In this document: positions 12,010 through 24,141 of the stretch, piece after piece
How positions within the stretch are numbered: position 1 is the first letter of the stretch
Layout of the letters: each line of letters opens with the position of its first letter
Source: Escherichia coli
GTDB lineage: Bacteria > Pseudomonadota > Gammaproteobacteria > Enterobacterales > Enterobacteriaceae
Length of the DNA stretch: 64,000 bases
NCBI RefSeq assembly: GCF_048403405.1
Contig: NZ_CP183129.1
Strand: one strand, 5' to 3'
Made by a program: the position numbers and the translations under genes
The notes under the pieces: generated by a model
Seen by the model: the letters and a program-made list of their open reading frames with translations, nothing else
The model's database searches: none
Told to the model about the DNA's origin: nothing

Positions 12010-12860
12010 TGCGGACACAGTGGCCCTCTCCGGCAAAACTTAATCTGTTTTTATACATTACCGGTCAGCGTGCGGATGGTTACCACACGCTGCAAACGCT
12101 GTTTCAGTTTCTTGATTACGGCGACACCATCAGCATTGAGCTTCGTGACGATGGGGATATTCGTCTGTTAACGCCCGTTGAAGGCGTGGAACATGAAGAT
12201 AACCTGATCGTTCGCGCAGCACGGTTGTTGATGAAAACTGCGGCAGACAGCGGGCGTCTTCCGACGGGAAGCGGTGCGGATATCAGCATTGACAAGCGTT
12301 TGCCGATGGGCGGCGGTCTCGGCGGTGGTTCTTCCAATGCCGCGACGGTTCTGGTGGCGTTAAATTATCTCTGGCAATGCGGACTAAGCATGGATGAGCT
12401 GGCGGAAATGGGGCTGACGCTGGGCGCAGATGTTCCTGTCTTTGTTCGGGGGCATGCCGCGTTTGCCGAAGGCGTTGGTGAAATACTAACGCCGGTGGAT
12501 CCGCCAGAGAAGTGGTATCTGGTGGCGCACCCTGGTGTAAGTATTCCGACACCGGTGATTTTTAAAGATCCTGAACTCCCGCGCAATACGCCAAAAAGGT
12601 CAATAGAAACGTTGCTAAAATGTGAATTCAGCAATGATTGCGAGGTTATCGCAAGAAAACGTTTTCGCGAGGTTGATGCGGTGCTTTCCTGGCTGTTAGA
12701 ATACGCCCCGTCGCGCCTGACTGGGACAGGGGCCTGTGTCTTTGCTGAATTTGATACAGAGTCTGAAGCCCGCCAGGTGCTAGAGCAAGCCCCGGAATGG
12801 CTCAATGGCTTTGTGGCGAAAGGCGTTAATCTTTCCCCATTGCACAGAGCCATGCTTTAA
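12009..12860 (+). CDS. ispE: 4-diphosphocytidyl-2-C-methyl-D-erythritol kinase
   Basis: 283 aa, GHMP kinase motif [14 protein letters not shown]. Confidence 0.95.
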
Positions 12861-12884
12861 GCCGGGCAAGCTGAGTTTCGGTGA

Positions 12885-13958
<1,074 letters not shown>

Positions 13959-13974
13959 TCGAACCCGGCTCAAA

Positions 13975-13998
13975 GACCCGCTGCGGCGGGTTTTTTTG
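13975..13998 (+). terminator. prs intrinsic terminator
   Basis: ACCCGC-tgcg-GCGGGT followed by TTTTTTT. Confidence 0.8.
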
Positions 13999-14082
13999 TC
14001 TGTAATATCCATTTGTATGACCTATGCCTCCTTCACCTGCCATTTAGTTGACAGATGATGCGCTCACGGATGAAACATTATT

Positions 14083-15762
14083 GTGAACAAAATATTTTCC
14101 TCACATGTGATGCCTTTCCGCGCTCTGATCGACGCTTGCTGGAAAGAAAAATATACTGCCGCACGGTTTACCCGTGACCTGATTGCCGGGATAACCGTCG
14201 GGATTATTGCTATCCCGCTGGCAATGGCGTTGGCTATTGGTAGTGGTGTGGCACCCCAGTACGGTTTATATACCGCAGCTGTTGCGGGGATTGTCATTGC
14301 TCTGACGGGTGGGTCACGCTTTAGCGTTTCCGGTCCGACTGCGGCATTTGTGGTAATTCTCTATCCCGTTTCGCAACAGTTTGGACTGGCAGGACTGCTG
14401 GTCGCGACACTCATGTCAGGTGTCTTTTTGATCCTGATGGGGCTGGCACGTTTTGGACGCTTGATTGAATATATTCCGGTTTCCGTGACCTTAGGTTTCA
14501 CCTCGGGTATCGGGATCACCATCGGTACCATGCAGATTAAAGATTTTCTCGGTCTGCAAATGGCCCATGTCCCGGAGCATTATCTACAAAAAGTCGGCGC
14601 ATTATTTATGGCGTTGCCGACCATTAATGTGGGTGATGCTGCCATTGGCATTGTGACGCTTGGCATTCTGGTTTTCTGGCCGCGTCTGGGCATTCGTTTG
14701 CCTGGTCACCTTCCGGCCTTGCTGGCTGGTTGCGCGGTGATGGGGATTGTTAACCTGCTCGGCGGGCATGTTGCTACCATCGGATCGCAATTCCACTACG
14801 TTCTGGCAGATGGTTCTCAGGGTAACGGTATTCCGCAACTGCTGCCGCAACTGGTACTACCGTGGGACCTGCCCAATTCAGAATTTACCCTCACCTGGGA
14901 TTCTATTCGCACACTGCTGCCTGCGGCATTCTCAATGGCAATGCTCGGCGCAATCGAATCTCTGCTCTGCGCCGTGGTACTGGATGGTATGACCGGAACG
15001 AAACACAAAGCGAACAGCGAACTGGTTGGACAGGGACTGGGGAATATCATCGCCCCGTTCTTTGGTGGTATTACCGCTACAGCTGCCATCGCGCGTTCTG
15101 CCGCTAACGTCCGTGCCGGGGCAACTTCCCCTATCTCGGCGGTGATCCACTCTATTCTGGTTATTCTTGCCCTGCTGGTACTGGCACCGCTGCTCTCCTG
15201 GCTGCCGCTTTCCGCCATGGCTGCCCTGCTGTTGATGGTGGCGTGGAACATGAGTGAAGCGCACAAAGTGGTCGACTTGCTGCGTCATGCGCCGAAAGAT
15301 GACATCATCGTCATGCTGCTGTGCATGTCGCTGACTGTGCTGTTTGATATGGTTATTGCCATCAGCGTGGGGATCGTGCTGGCATCGCTACTGTTTATGC
15401 GTCGTATCGCACGTATGACTCGCCTGGCACCGGTAGTCGTAGACGTTCCAGACGATGTTCTGGTTCTGCGCGTTATTGGTCCGCTGTTTTTTGCTGCCGC
15501 TGAAGGCTTGTTCACGGACCTGGAGTCACGTCTTGAAGGCAAACGGATTGTGATTCTGAAGTGGGATGCCGTTCCGGTACTTGATGCTGGTGGTCTTGAT
15601 GCGTTCCAGCGTTTTGTGAAGCGTCTGCCCGAAGGATGTGAACTGCGCGTGTGCAACCTGGAATTCCAGCCACTGCGCACTATGGCTCGCGCAGGCATTC
15701 AACCGATCCCGGGCCGCCTTGCTTTCTTCCCGAATCGTCGCGCGGCGATGGCGGATTTATAA
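14083..15762 (+). CDS. dauA: SulP-family C4-dicarboxylate transporter DauA (YchM), with C-terminal STAS domain
   Basis: 559 aa with a GTG start, [29 protein letters not shown]... Confidence 0.93.
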   Translation: MNKIFSSHVMPFRALIDACWKEKYTAARFTRDLIAGITVGIIAIPLAMALAIGSGVAPQYGLYTAAVAGIVIALTGGSRFSVSGPTAAFVVILYPVSQQFGLAGLLVATLMSGVFLILMGLARFGRLIEYIPVSVTLGFTSGIGITIGTMQIKDFLGLQMAHVPEHYLQKVGALFMALPTINVGDAAIGIVTLGILVFWPRLGIRLPGHLPALLAGCAVMGIVNLLGGHVATIGSQFHYVLADGSQGNGIPQLLPQLVLPWDLPNSEFTLTWDSIRTLLPAAFSMAMLGAIESLLCAVVLDGMTGTKHKANSELVGQGLGNIIAPFFGGITATAAIARSAANVRAGATSPISAVIHSILVILALLVLAPLLSWLPLSAMAALLLMVAWNMSEAHKVVDLLRHAPKDDIIVMLLCMSLTVLFDMVIAISVGIVLASLLFMRRIARMTRLAPVVVDVPDDVLVLRVIGPLFFAAAEGLFTDLESRLEGKRIVILKWDAVPVLDAGGLDAFQRFVKRLPEGCELRVCNLEFQPLRTMARAGIQPIPGRLAFFPNRRAAMADL

Positions 15763-15771
15763 GTACGAGAT

Positions 15772-15799
15772 TGACCAGTCAGCGCAAACTGACTGGTCA
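15772..15799. terminator. Stem-loop between the convergent genes dauA and ychH
   Basis: TGACCAGTCAG-cgcaaa-CTGACTGGTCA forms an 11-bp perfect stem. There is no clear U-tract on either strand. Confidence 0.4.
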
Positions 15800-15816
15800 G
15801 CAAACTGCATTATTTG

Positions 15817-16095
15817 TTAGCTATGACGGCGATTATCGCTACGGCGGCAACGTTTGTCATAGTGGCGAACCCACCAGTAACGGTCGCACACCTGTTCATG
15901 CCCGCCAACACGGGCACCCGCCAGCCAGAGAATGGCACCGACGAAAATACTTAGCACTGCACCATGTGCGAAATACTGGGGCATATTAAACTGTGGTAAC
16001 TGGTTGAGGATTGAATACCCCACGCCGACCACCATTACCACCAGACCCAACCCCATGAGCACGTTACCGAGTAACGAAGCGTTTTTGCGTTTCAT
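15817..16095 (-). CDS. ychH: Stress-induced small membrane protein YchH
   Basis: 92 aa, MKRKNASLLGNVLMGLGLVVMVVGVGYS... Confidence 0.88.
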   Translation of the reverse strand: MKRKNASLLGNVLMGLGLVVMVVGVGYSILNQLPQFNMPQYFAHGAVLSIFVGAILWLAGARVGGHEQVCDRYWWVRHYDKRCRRSDNRRHS

Positions 16096-16372
16096 ATGTC
16101 ACCTCCGGAACTTTCTGGGTTGTAACAGGGAATACCCCTCTTCCTTATGTGTAAAGTATAGACAACACCCTGTGGGTTATGTGCGGGCGTGATCACAATT
16201 ACAACCCTTATTTCAACAAAACTTTACAAATAAACGCCTGAACACCTTGACTTTCTAATAGTCCACTCAGGCAATTATTGCGTTATCTGCATTTGATACG
16301 CAGTTTTTTGTCAAGCGGGGCCGCAACCAGTAAACTACGCGCCAGTTATGTACACACTCAGGACAAAAAAAC

Positions 16373-16957
16373 GTGACGATTAAATTGATTGTCGGCCTGG
16401 CGAACCCCGGCGCTGAATACGCCGCAACGCGACATAATGCTGGTGCCTGGTTCGTTGACTTACTGGCAGAGCGATTGCGCGCTCCGCTGCGCGAAGAGGC
16501 TAAATTCTTTGGTTATACTTCGCGAGTCACCCTTGGAGGCGAAGATGTCCGCCTGTTAGTCCCGACTACATTTATGAATCTCAGCGGCAAAGCCGTTGCG
16601 GCGATGGCCAGTTTTTTCCGCATTAATCCGGACGAAATTCTGGTGGCCCACGACGAACTGGATCTGCCTCCTGGCGTCGCCAAATTTAAGTTGGGCGGTG
16701 GCCATGGTGGTCACAATGGACTGAAAGACATCATCAGTAAATTGGGTAATAACCCTAACTTTCACCGTTTACGCATCGGAATCGGTCATCCGGGCGATAA
16801 AAATAAAGTTGTTGGTTTTGTATTAGGCAAACCGCCTGTTAGTGAACAGAAGTTAATTGATGAAGCCATCGACGAAGCGGCGCGTTGTACTGAAATGTGG
16901 TTTACAGATGGCTTGACCAAAGCAACGAACCGATTGCACGCCTTTAAAGCGCAATAA
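16373..16957 (+). CDS. pth: Peptidyl-tRNA hydrolase
   Basis: 194 aa with a GTG start, (M)[26 protein letters not shown]... Confidence 0.95.
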
Positions 16958-17073
16958 GTCGTTGTCTGCGGCATTTTTGCCGAGTGCCGTGTATAATAGG
17001 CAAAGTTATTTCCATTTCTGCAATCTGTTAGCAATAACAGGTTGATTATTAAGATATTAAGGTGATTTAAATC

Positions 17074-18165
17074 ATGGGATTCAAATGCGGTATCGTCGGT
17101 TTGCCCAACGTCGGGAAATCTACCCTGTTCAACGCGCTGACCAAAGCCGGTATTGAAGCGGCCAACTTTCCATTCTGCACCATCGAGCCGAACACAGGCG
17201 TCGTACCAATGCCTGACCCTCGCCTGGATCAACTGGCTGAAATCGTAAAACCGCAGCGTACGCTTCCCACGACCATGGAATTTGTCGATATCGCCGGTCT
17301 GGTAAAAGGCGCATCGAAAGGCGAAGGTCTGGGTAACCAGTTCCTGACCAACATCCGTGAAACCGAAGCGATCGGTCACGTTGTTCGCTGCTTTGAAAAT
17401 GACAACATCATTCACGTTTCCGGCAAAGTTAACCCGGCTGATGATATTGAAGTTATCAACACCGAACTGGCGCTGGCGGACCTCGACACCTGCGAACGTG
17501 CGATTCATCGCGTACAGAAGAAAGCCAAAGGTGGCGATAAAGACGCGAAAGCTGAGCTGGCGGTCCTGGAAAAATGCCTGCCCCAGCTGGAAAACGCAGG
17601 TATGCTGCGCGCGCTGGATTTAAGCGCTGAAGAGAAAGCGGCTATTCGTTACCTGAGCTTCCTGACGCTGAAACCAACAATGTACATCGCCAACGTCAAC
17701 GAAGACGGTTTTGAAAACAACCCGTATCTTGACCAGGTGCGTGAAATCGCGGCGAAAGAAGGTTCTGTTGTGGTTCCGGTTTGTGCTGCTGTTGAAGCAG
17801 ACATTGCCGAACTGGACGACGAAGAACGTGACGAGTTTATGCAGGAGCTTGGGCTGGAAGAGCCGGGCCTGAACCGTGTGATCCGTGCCGGTTATAAGCT
17901 GCTGAACCTGCAAACTTACTTCACCGCTGGGGTGAAAGAAGTACGTGCATGGACCATTCCGGTTGGTGCAACCGCGCCGCAGGCCGCTGGCAAAATCCAT
18001 ACTGATTTTGAAAAAGGCTTTATCCGTGCACAAACTATTTCGTTCGAAGATTTCATCACTTACAAAGGTGAACAAGGCGCGAAAGAAGCAGGCAAAATGC
18101 GTGCAGAAGGCAAAGATTACATCGTTAAAGATGGCGATGTAATGAACTTCCTGTTCAATGTCTAA
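17074..18165 (+). CDS. ychF: Ribosome-binding ATPase YchF (Obg-like)
   Basis: 363 aa, with P-loop GLPNVGKST. Confidence 0.95.
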
Positions 18166-18410
18166 TTAATTTGTTGTCTCATGAGGTTTCGCTAAATCTC
18201 ATGAAGAGCGCAAAAGTATATAAAATCCACGCAATTGCGTGGATTTTTCATTTTACCGAGTCCTAACCATTCTTATAACATCCTACACTTTTGTGCTTAT
18301 TGCCTATAGTGAACCACCAGAATAATTAAAGACATAAGTGTTCAGATGAGGGATATCTCATTAGCAATGAGATAACGTAAGTTTGTGTTCCACTGCACAT
18401 CAGACACCTT

Positions 18411-18668
18411 TTACAGCTGATCAATATTGATCACGCTCCAATATGCTGGCGAGAAAAGGACTTGCCTGAAGGGCAATATCCAGCAGATAAAGCCCCCGAA
18501 TAACGTGATTACGTGCGATCCTGGCAAGATGAAAATGATAACCAGTAGCACGATAATAACGATAAGCCAGAAAATCCATTGATCAAAAATGAATATCGAT
18601 GTTTTTTGCTTTTTCTTATTAGTAATGCAAAAATGGCTCATATTGTTTTTGTTATGCAGATACATCAA
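18411..18668 (-). CDS. Hypothetical small membrane protein (doubtful)
   Basis: 85-aa ORF in a very AT-rich spacer with one long hydrophobic stretch (WIFWLIVIIVLLVIIFILPG). No convincing RBS and no homolog recognised. Confidence 0.2.
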   Translation of the reverse strand: MMYLHNKNNMSHFCITNKKKQKTSIFIFDQWIFWLIVIIVLLVIIFILPGSHVITLFGGFICWILPFRQVLFSPAYWSVINIDQL

Positions 18669-19009
18669 GCGAAAATCCCATAACTAATTAGGATTATTAC
18701 CAAAAATATTCACCAAATTATTTAACCGCTGTTTGTTGTAATGTTTTTGTCATATTCATAGTAACGAATTGGAATAAGTAACGACAACTTAGGGAATAAC
18801 TCGATCTAAACTCACCTTTGTAAGGAGGATGTTAAATATATATTAATTCCTGTGTTCCTGATTTTGCCCGGTAATAGAGAATTATTCTCAGAGCAGCTCA
18901 TCATGATTGCACCATACAAATATCATGATGATAAGAGGATATTATTCATTGACTTAAACAAAATGACAAAATCCATAGACCCATAGCCTGGGTACTATAT
19001 AGGAGTGGT

Positions 19010-21895
19010 ATGGGCATCAAACAACACAATGGGAATACCAAAGCCGATCGTCTCGCTGAATTAAAAATCCGTTCGCCCTCCATTCAACTGATAAAATATG
19101 GCGCTATTGGTTTGAATGCAATTATCTTTTCCCCCCTGCTGATAGCTGCTGATTTAGGAAGTCAAAATGGCACCACTATTACTATTAGTGATGGTGACAG
19201 AATTACAGGAGATACCGCCGATCCATCAGGAAACCTCTATGGTGTAATGACCCCAGCAGGAAACACGCCTGGCAATATCAACCTGGGTAATGATGTCACC
19301 GTCAATGTCAACGACGCCTCTGGATATGCAAAGGGAATCGTTATTCAGGGCAAGAACAGCTCCCTGACAGCTAACCGACTTACAGTAGATGTTGTTAGTC
19401 AAACCTCTGCCATCGGCATTAATTTAATTGGTGACTATACCCATGCTGACTTAGGCACAGGCAGCACCATTAAGAGTAACGATGACGGCATCATTATTGG
19501 ACATAGCTCAACACTAACAGCCACTCAATTCACCATTGAAAACTCGAACGGTATAGGCCTAACCATCAATGACTATGGCACCAGTGTCGATCTTGGAAGC
19601 GGAAGTAAAATCAAGACCGATGGAAGTACAGGTGTTTATATCGGTGGTCTCAACGGCAATAACGCCAATGGTGCTGCGCGTTTTACGGCGACAGACCTGA
19701 CAATCGATGTTCAGGGCTACAGCGCCATGGGAATAAACGTACAGAAAAACTCTGTTGTCGATCTCGGAACAAACAGTACCATTAAAACCAATGGCGATAA
19801 TGCGCACGGCCTCTGGAGCTTTGGCCAGGTGAGCGCGAATGCACTCACTGTTGATGTAACTGGATCCGCGGCCAATGGCGTCGAAGTTCGTGGTGGTACA
19901 ACCACTATCGGTGCTGATAGCCATATTTCTTCCGCGCAGGGCGGTGGCCTCGTAACCAGTGGTTCAGACGCGACAATCAATTTTTCTGGCACGGCAGCGC
20001 AACGAAACAGCATCTTTTCCAGCGGTTCTTATGGTGCCTCAGCCCAGACGGCAACGGCTGTTGTCAACATGCAAAATACCGATATTACGGTTGATCGTAA
20101 TGGCAGTCTGGCGCTGGGTTTGTGGGCGCTCAGCGGCGGTAGAATAACCGGAGACAGTTTGGCTATCACCGGCGCGGCAGGAGCCAGGGGGATTTATGCC
20201 ATGACCAACAGCCAGATCGATCTCACGAGCGATCTGGTCATTGATATGAGTACACCCGACCAGATGGCCATTGCAACGCAACATGACGATGGTTATGCCG
20301 CCAGCCGCATCAACGCCTCGGGTCGTATGCTTATCAACGGTAGCGTTCTTTCCAAAGGTGGGCTAATCAATCTGGATATGCACCCTGGGTCGGTTTGGAC
20401 AGGTTCTTCCCTCAGCGATAATGTCAATGGCGGGAAACTGGACGTTGCAATGAATAACAGCGTCTGGAACGTAACAAGTAATTCTAATCTCGACACGCTG
20501 GCGCTGAGCCATTCAACTGTCGATTTTGCCAGCCACACGTCAACTGCCGGCACATTTACCACATTAAACGTAGAGAACCTGAGCGGTAACAGTACCTTTA
20601 TTATGCGTGCTGATGTTGTTGGCGAGGGTAATGGCGTTAATAATAAAGGGGATTTATTGAATATCAGCGGGAGTAGTGCTGGTAATCACGTATTGGCTAT
20701 CCGTAACCAGGGCAGCGAGGCCACAACGGGAAATGAAGTTCTGACAGTGGTAAAAACCACTGACGGCGCGGCCTCGTTCAGCGCGTCTTCTCAGGTTGAG
20801 TTGGGAGGATATCTGTATGATGTGCGTAAAAATGGCACTAACTGGGAGCTCTACGCTTCCGGGACAATTCCGGAGCCGACTCCAAATCCTGAGCCCACAC
20901 CAGCTCCCGCTCAGCCTCCCATAGTCAACCCCGATCCTACGCCTGAACCCGATCCTACGCCTAACCCCGCTCCCACGCCTAAACCCACCACGACTGCAGA
21001 TGCTGGCGGCAATTATCTCAATGTCGGTTACTTATTGAACTATGTTGAAAACCGTACGCTGATGCAACGGATGGGTGACCTGCGAAATCAGAGTAAAGAC
21101 GGTAATATCTGGTTGCGCAGTTATGGGGGAAGCCTGGACTCCTTTGCCAGTGGCAAACTGAGCGGCTTTGACATGGGTTACAGCGGTATCCAGTTTGGTG
21201 GGGATAAACGTCTCTCTGATGAAATGCCGTTGTATGTCGGTCTGTATATTGGCTCAACACATGCATCGCCGGACTATAGCGGAGGCGACGGTACCGCACG
21301 TTCAGACTACATGGGAATGTACGCCAGTTACATGGCACACAACGGTTTTTACAGCGATCTCGTAGTAAAAGCATCGCGCCAGAAAAATAGTTTCCACGTA
21401 CTGGACAGTCAGAACAACGGCGTTAACGCCAACGGCACTGCGAATGGAATGAGTATCTCCCTGGAAGCCGGGCAGAGGCTCAACCTGTCCCCTACTGGTT
21501 ATGGGTTCTATATAGAGCCGCAAACCCAGCTCACATACAGCCACCAGAATGAGATGGCTATGAAGGCGAGTAATGGCCTCAATATACATCTGAATCACTA
21601 CGAATCGCTGCTGGGGCGTGCCAGCATGATACTGGGGTATGACATCACCGCAGGCAACAGCCAGCTGAATGTCTATGTGAAGACTGGCGCTATCCGCGAG
21701 TTTTCAGGGGATACCGAATATCTGTTGAACAACTCCCGGGAGAAGTACAGTTTCAAAGGTAATGGCTGGAATAATGGCGTGGGAGTCAGTGCACAGTATA
21801 ACAAACAGCACACATTCTATCTCGAAGCGGATTACACGCAGGGTAACCTCTTTGATCAGAAGCAAGTCAACGGAGGATATCGCTTCAGCTTTTAA
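19010..21895 (+). CDS. ycgV: AIDA-I-type autotransporter adhesin YcgV
   Basis: 961 aa. It has a Gly/Thr/Asn-rich beta-helix passenger, a Pro-rich linker, and a C-terminal beta-barrel ending ...VNGGYRFSF. The N-terminus MGIKQHNGNTKADRLAELKIRSPS is as in K-12 YcgV. Confidence 0.9.
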   Translation: MGIKQHNGNTKADRLAELKIRSPSIQLIKYGAIGLNAIIFSPLLIAADLGSQNGTTITISDGDRITGDTADPSGNLYGVMTPAGNTPGNINLGNDVTVNVNDASGYAKGIVIQGKNSSLTANRLTVDVVSQTSAIGINLIGDYTHADLGTGSTIKSNDDGIIIGHSSTLTATQFTIENSNGIGLTINDYGTSVDLGSGSKIKTDGSTGVYIGGLNGNNANGAARFTATDLTIDVQGYSAMGINVQKNSVVDLGTNSTIKTNGDNAHGLWSFGQVSANALTVDVTGSAANGVEVRGGTTTIGADSHISSAQGGGLVTSGSDATINFSGTAAQRNSIFSSGSYGASAQTATAVVNMQNTDITVDRNGSLALGLWALSGGRITGDSLAITGAAGARGIYAMTNSQIDLTSDLVIDMSTPDQMAIATQHDDGYAASRINASGRMLINGSVLSKGGLINLDMHPGSVWTGSSLSDNVNGGKLDVAMNNSVWNVTSNSNLDTLALSHSTVDFASHTSTAGTFTTLNVENLSGNSTFIMRADVVGEGNGVNNKGDLLNISGSSAGNHVLAIRNQGSEATTGNEVLTVVKTTDGAASFSASSQVELGGYLYDVRKNGTNWELYASGTIPEPTPNPEPTPAPAQPPIVNPDPTPEPDPTPNPAPTPKPTTTADAGGNYLNVGYLLNYVENRTLMQRMGDLRNQSKDGNIWLRSYGGSLDSFASGKLSGFDMGYSGIQFGGDKRLSDEMPLYVGLYIGSTHASPDYSGGDGTARSDYMGMYASYMAHNGFYSDLVVKASRQKNSFHVLDSQNNGVNANGTANGMSISLEAGQRLNLSPTGYGFYIEPQTQLTYSHQNEMAMKASNGLNIHLNHYESLLGRASMILGYDITAGNSQLNVYVKTGAIREFSGDTEYLLNNSREKYSFKGNGWNNGVGVSAQYNKQHTFYLEADYTQGNLFDQKQVNGGYRFSF
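20870..20992 (+). repeat. Pro-rich linker (PEPTPNPEPTPAPAQPPIVNPDPTPEPDPTPNPAPTPKPT) encoded by short imperfect tandem repeats
   Basis: The sequence ccgatcctacgcct(g/a)aaccc occurs twice in tandem, with further CCNACNCC-type units. Confidence 0.8.
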
Positions 21896-21994
21896 GTGCG
21901 GGATAGACAAGCCCTTAAACGATGCTGAAAAATGTTAGCGTGCGCCGGAATGAAATACAGATCTCTCTGATGTATCAGAAATCGTTTCTGTCTT

Positions 21995-23914
21995 TCATAC
22001 CCGGCGCTTAAACTGCCCTGCATCAATGCCATGTTGCTTCATTTTCCGCCACAGCGTAGTGCGGCCGATTCCAAGTAAAGCCGACATTTCCTGAATGCGA
22101 CCGCCTGTGACCTGGGCTGCGTTAATAATTGCCTCTTTTTCAACTTCCGCAAATGACAGACTGGTGGAAAGGCGGGTGGCGCTGACATCATCTGTCGCCT
22201 GCTCGGTAAACAGATGTTCAGGTAAATCACTGACGCGAATGCGCCCGTTATCACTACTCAGAGCAAGATTCTCGATGACGCTGTAAAGTTCAAAATCGTT
22301 GCCAGGCCATGCACAGGAAACCAGGCGAGCGAGGGCATCGTCATCAATTTTCAGCCGCGTAGAGAAGCGTTTTTCAAGACTGTGTAATTTGTTATTCACC
22401 AGCGCCGGAATGCTGCCACGCCGCATACGCAGAGGCGGGATGGTAATTTCAAATGCATGCAGCGCGTAATACAGCTGGCGACTAAAGCGATTTTGTTCCA
22501 CCAGCATTGCGAGGTCCGCGGTCGTTGTGGCAATCACTTTGACATCAATGGGTATTAAACGCCGCGCATCCAGTCGCGTGATAACACCCTGCTTGATAAC
22601 CTGAAGCAAAGCAGACTGTAACTCCACCGCCAGATATTCAATCTTTTCAAGAAACAGCGTGCCGCCGTGCGCCAGTTCCAGCCGACTCAGACGGCCATTT
22701 TCATTATCCGTGCGATCGCCACCAATAAATTCTTCCGCCAGCGCCGCATCACCATATAACTCACAATTGACGGCAATATAAGGCCCCGCTGCACGCTCGC
22801 TTTCATTATGAATTGCCTGACTTAGCAGTGCCTTGCCCACGCCCTCCTCTCCACAAAGCAGGACAGGAAAGCTACTGCGCGCCGCCTGGCGACCAAAATG
22901 AATCAAGCGGCGGGTTTGCGGATCCTCTTGTGGCATATGAGCGAAAGTATGGCTGACTTTTCCTAATTGACTGGTCATTAACTGCCGCATCTGTTCCACA
23001 GGATGGAGCAACAAAATAAAGCTGGTTCCCTGCGTTTCTATTATCGGTTTAAGGGTTATCACCGCATCAATAAACTGATGCTGACTTTCAAAGGTTGCTT
23101 CTACGTGTTTGAGCGGATGTGCCTGTTTTATTGCTTGTTGCAATACGGCGGGTAACGTTAAGAGTTCAGTGATTGCCCTTCCCTGACTTGCCGTCGCGTC
23201 AAGGCGCAAGACCCGCGCCGCCTGGGCGTTGATAAATTGCAAATTACCCTGCTCGTCCCAGCTAATCACCCCATCATCCATACTTTCTAACAGGGCATTA
23301 AGTTGATTTAAATGACGGTTAGTTTCAGCGAGCAAACTGTCCGTCAGCAGTAAATTACCGACCTCTCGGGCGATTGCCAACGTCAACGGCAAATCAGCTG
23401 CGGTAGTTTGCTCAACCGGACACGCCAGCGCTATTGTTCCCGTCAATCGGCCCTTGCTGTCAAACAACGGCGTTGCACAAAAGGCCCAGTTCCAGAGTGC
23501 CTGTTTGAAATGTTGATCGGCCATCGTTTTCACGGCCTGACCAGAGATAGCCGCTAACGATAGCGCACAAGTACCAATAATTCCCTCGGCGCAATACGTG
23601 CCGTCATTGAATCCCAGTGCACTTAGCTGCTGCAAGGTTTGCGGATCGCCATTACGGCTGAGAATGCAGGCGGTTTCATCGAGGATAAACAGCGCACACT
23701 CTCGCGGTGCCATATATTCCCAGGCATCTTCCAGCGCAGCCTGCCCGAGCGTCAGCATCGCTTTCTTACGCCGATAAATAGACGCAAATGTCACGCCCTG
23801 GGCCTGGTGTGGTACGTTCCATGTCTCCCGTTTCATCAGCTTAATGCATCGCTCCCAGGAGGTTGCAATTAAGGGAGATATGTCCCGACCATCGTTGTTA
23901 AAAGCGCTACTCAT
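21995..23914 (-). CDS. dhaR: Dihydroxyacetone-kinase operon activator DhaR (GAF-PAS-AAA+-Fis HTH)
   Basis: The track ORF was trimmed to the ATG at 23914 (MSSAFNNDGRDISPLIATSWERC...), giving 639 aa. AAA+ Walker A motif GEEGVGK. Confidence 0.93.
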   Translation of the reverse strand: MSSAFNNDGRDISPLIATSWERCIKLMKRETWNVPHQAQGVTFASIYRRKKAMLTLGQAALEDAWEYMAPRECALFILDETACILSRNGDPQTLQQLSALGFNDGTYCAEGIIGTCALSLAAISGQAVKTMADQHFKQALWNWAFCATPLFDSKGRLTGTIALACPVEQTTAADLPLTLAIAREVGNLLLTDSLLAETNRHLNQLNALLESMDDGVISWDEQGNLQFINAQAARVLRLDATASQGRAITELLTLPAVLQQAIKQAHPLKHVEATFESQHQFIDAVITLKPIIETQGTSFILLLHPVEQMRQLMTSQLGKVSHTFAHMPQEDPQTRRLIHFGRQAARSSFPVLLCGEEGVGKALLSQAIHNESERAAGPYIAVNCELYGDAALAEEFIGGDRTDNENGRLSRLELAHGGTLFLEKIEYLAVELQSALLQVIKQGVITRLDARRLIPIDVKVIATTTADLAMLVEQNRFSRQLYYALHAFEITIPPLRMRRGSIPALVNNKLHSLEKRFSTRLKIDDDALARLVSCAWPGNDFELYSVIENLALSSDNGRIRVSDLPEHLFTEQATDDVSATRLSTSLSFAEVEKEAIINAAQVTGGRIQEMSALLGIGRTTLWRKMKQHGIDAGQFKRRV

Positions 23915-24007
23915 ATCCCGCATCCCTTATGACAAAAGGTGTTCCGGCTCGCAATTTTAAGTATTAATACACGTAAAAGTTTCAATATGGAACATTCATT
24001 AAAGAAT

Positions 24008-24026
24008 ATGTTTCACTATGAAACAT
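24008..24026. promoter_or_regulatory. Inverted repeat in the dhaR/dhaK divergent control region (candidate DhaR operator)
   Basis: ATGTTTCA-cta-TGAAACAT at 24008-24026. A degenerate second copy, GTTTCAatatGGAACAT, lies at 23979-23995. Confidence 0.45.
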
Positions 24027-24141
24027 AATTTGGGCTAATTTTCTTTTCCCTTGCCTGATGCACAATGGATTCATCGGCAGTCAGTGGTCGCCGTGTCGTT
24101 GAACATCATCCATGCCCTACCGTAATTGCTGGAGCAAAATA

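Noticed and set aside
16786-17508. 240-aa minus-strand ORF spanning the pth/ychF junction
   Set aside because: It is antisense to two highly conserved genes and crosses their intergenic promoter region. It is a shadow ORF.
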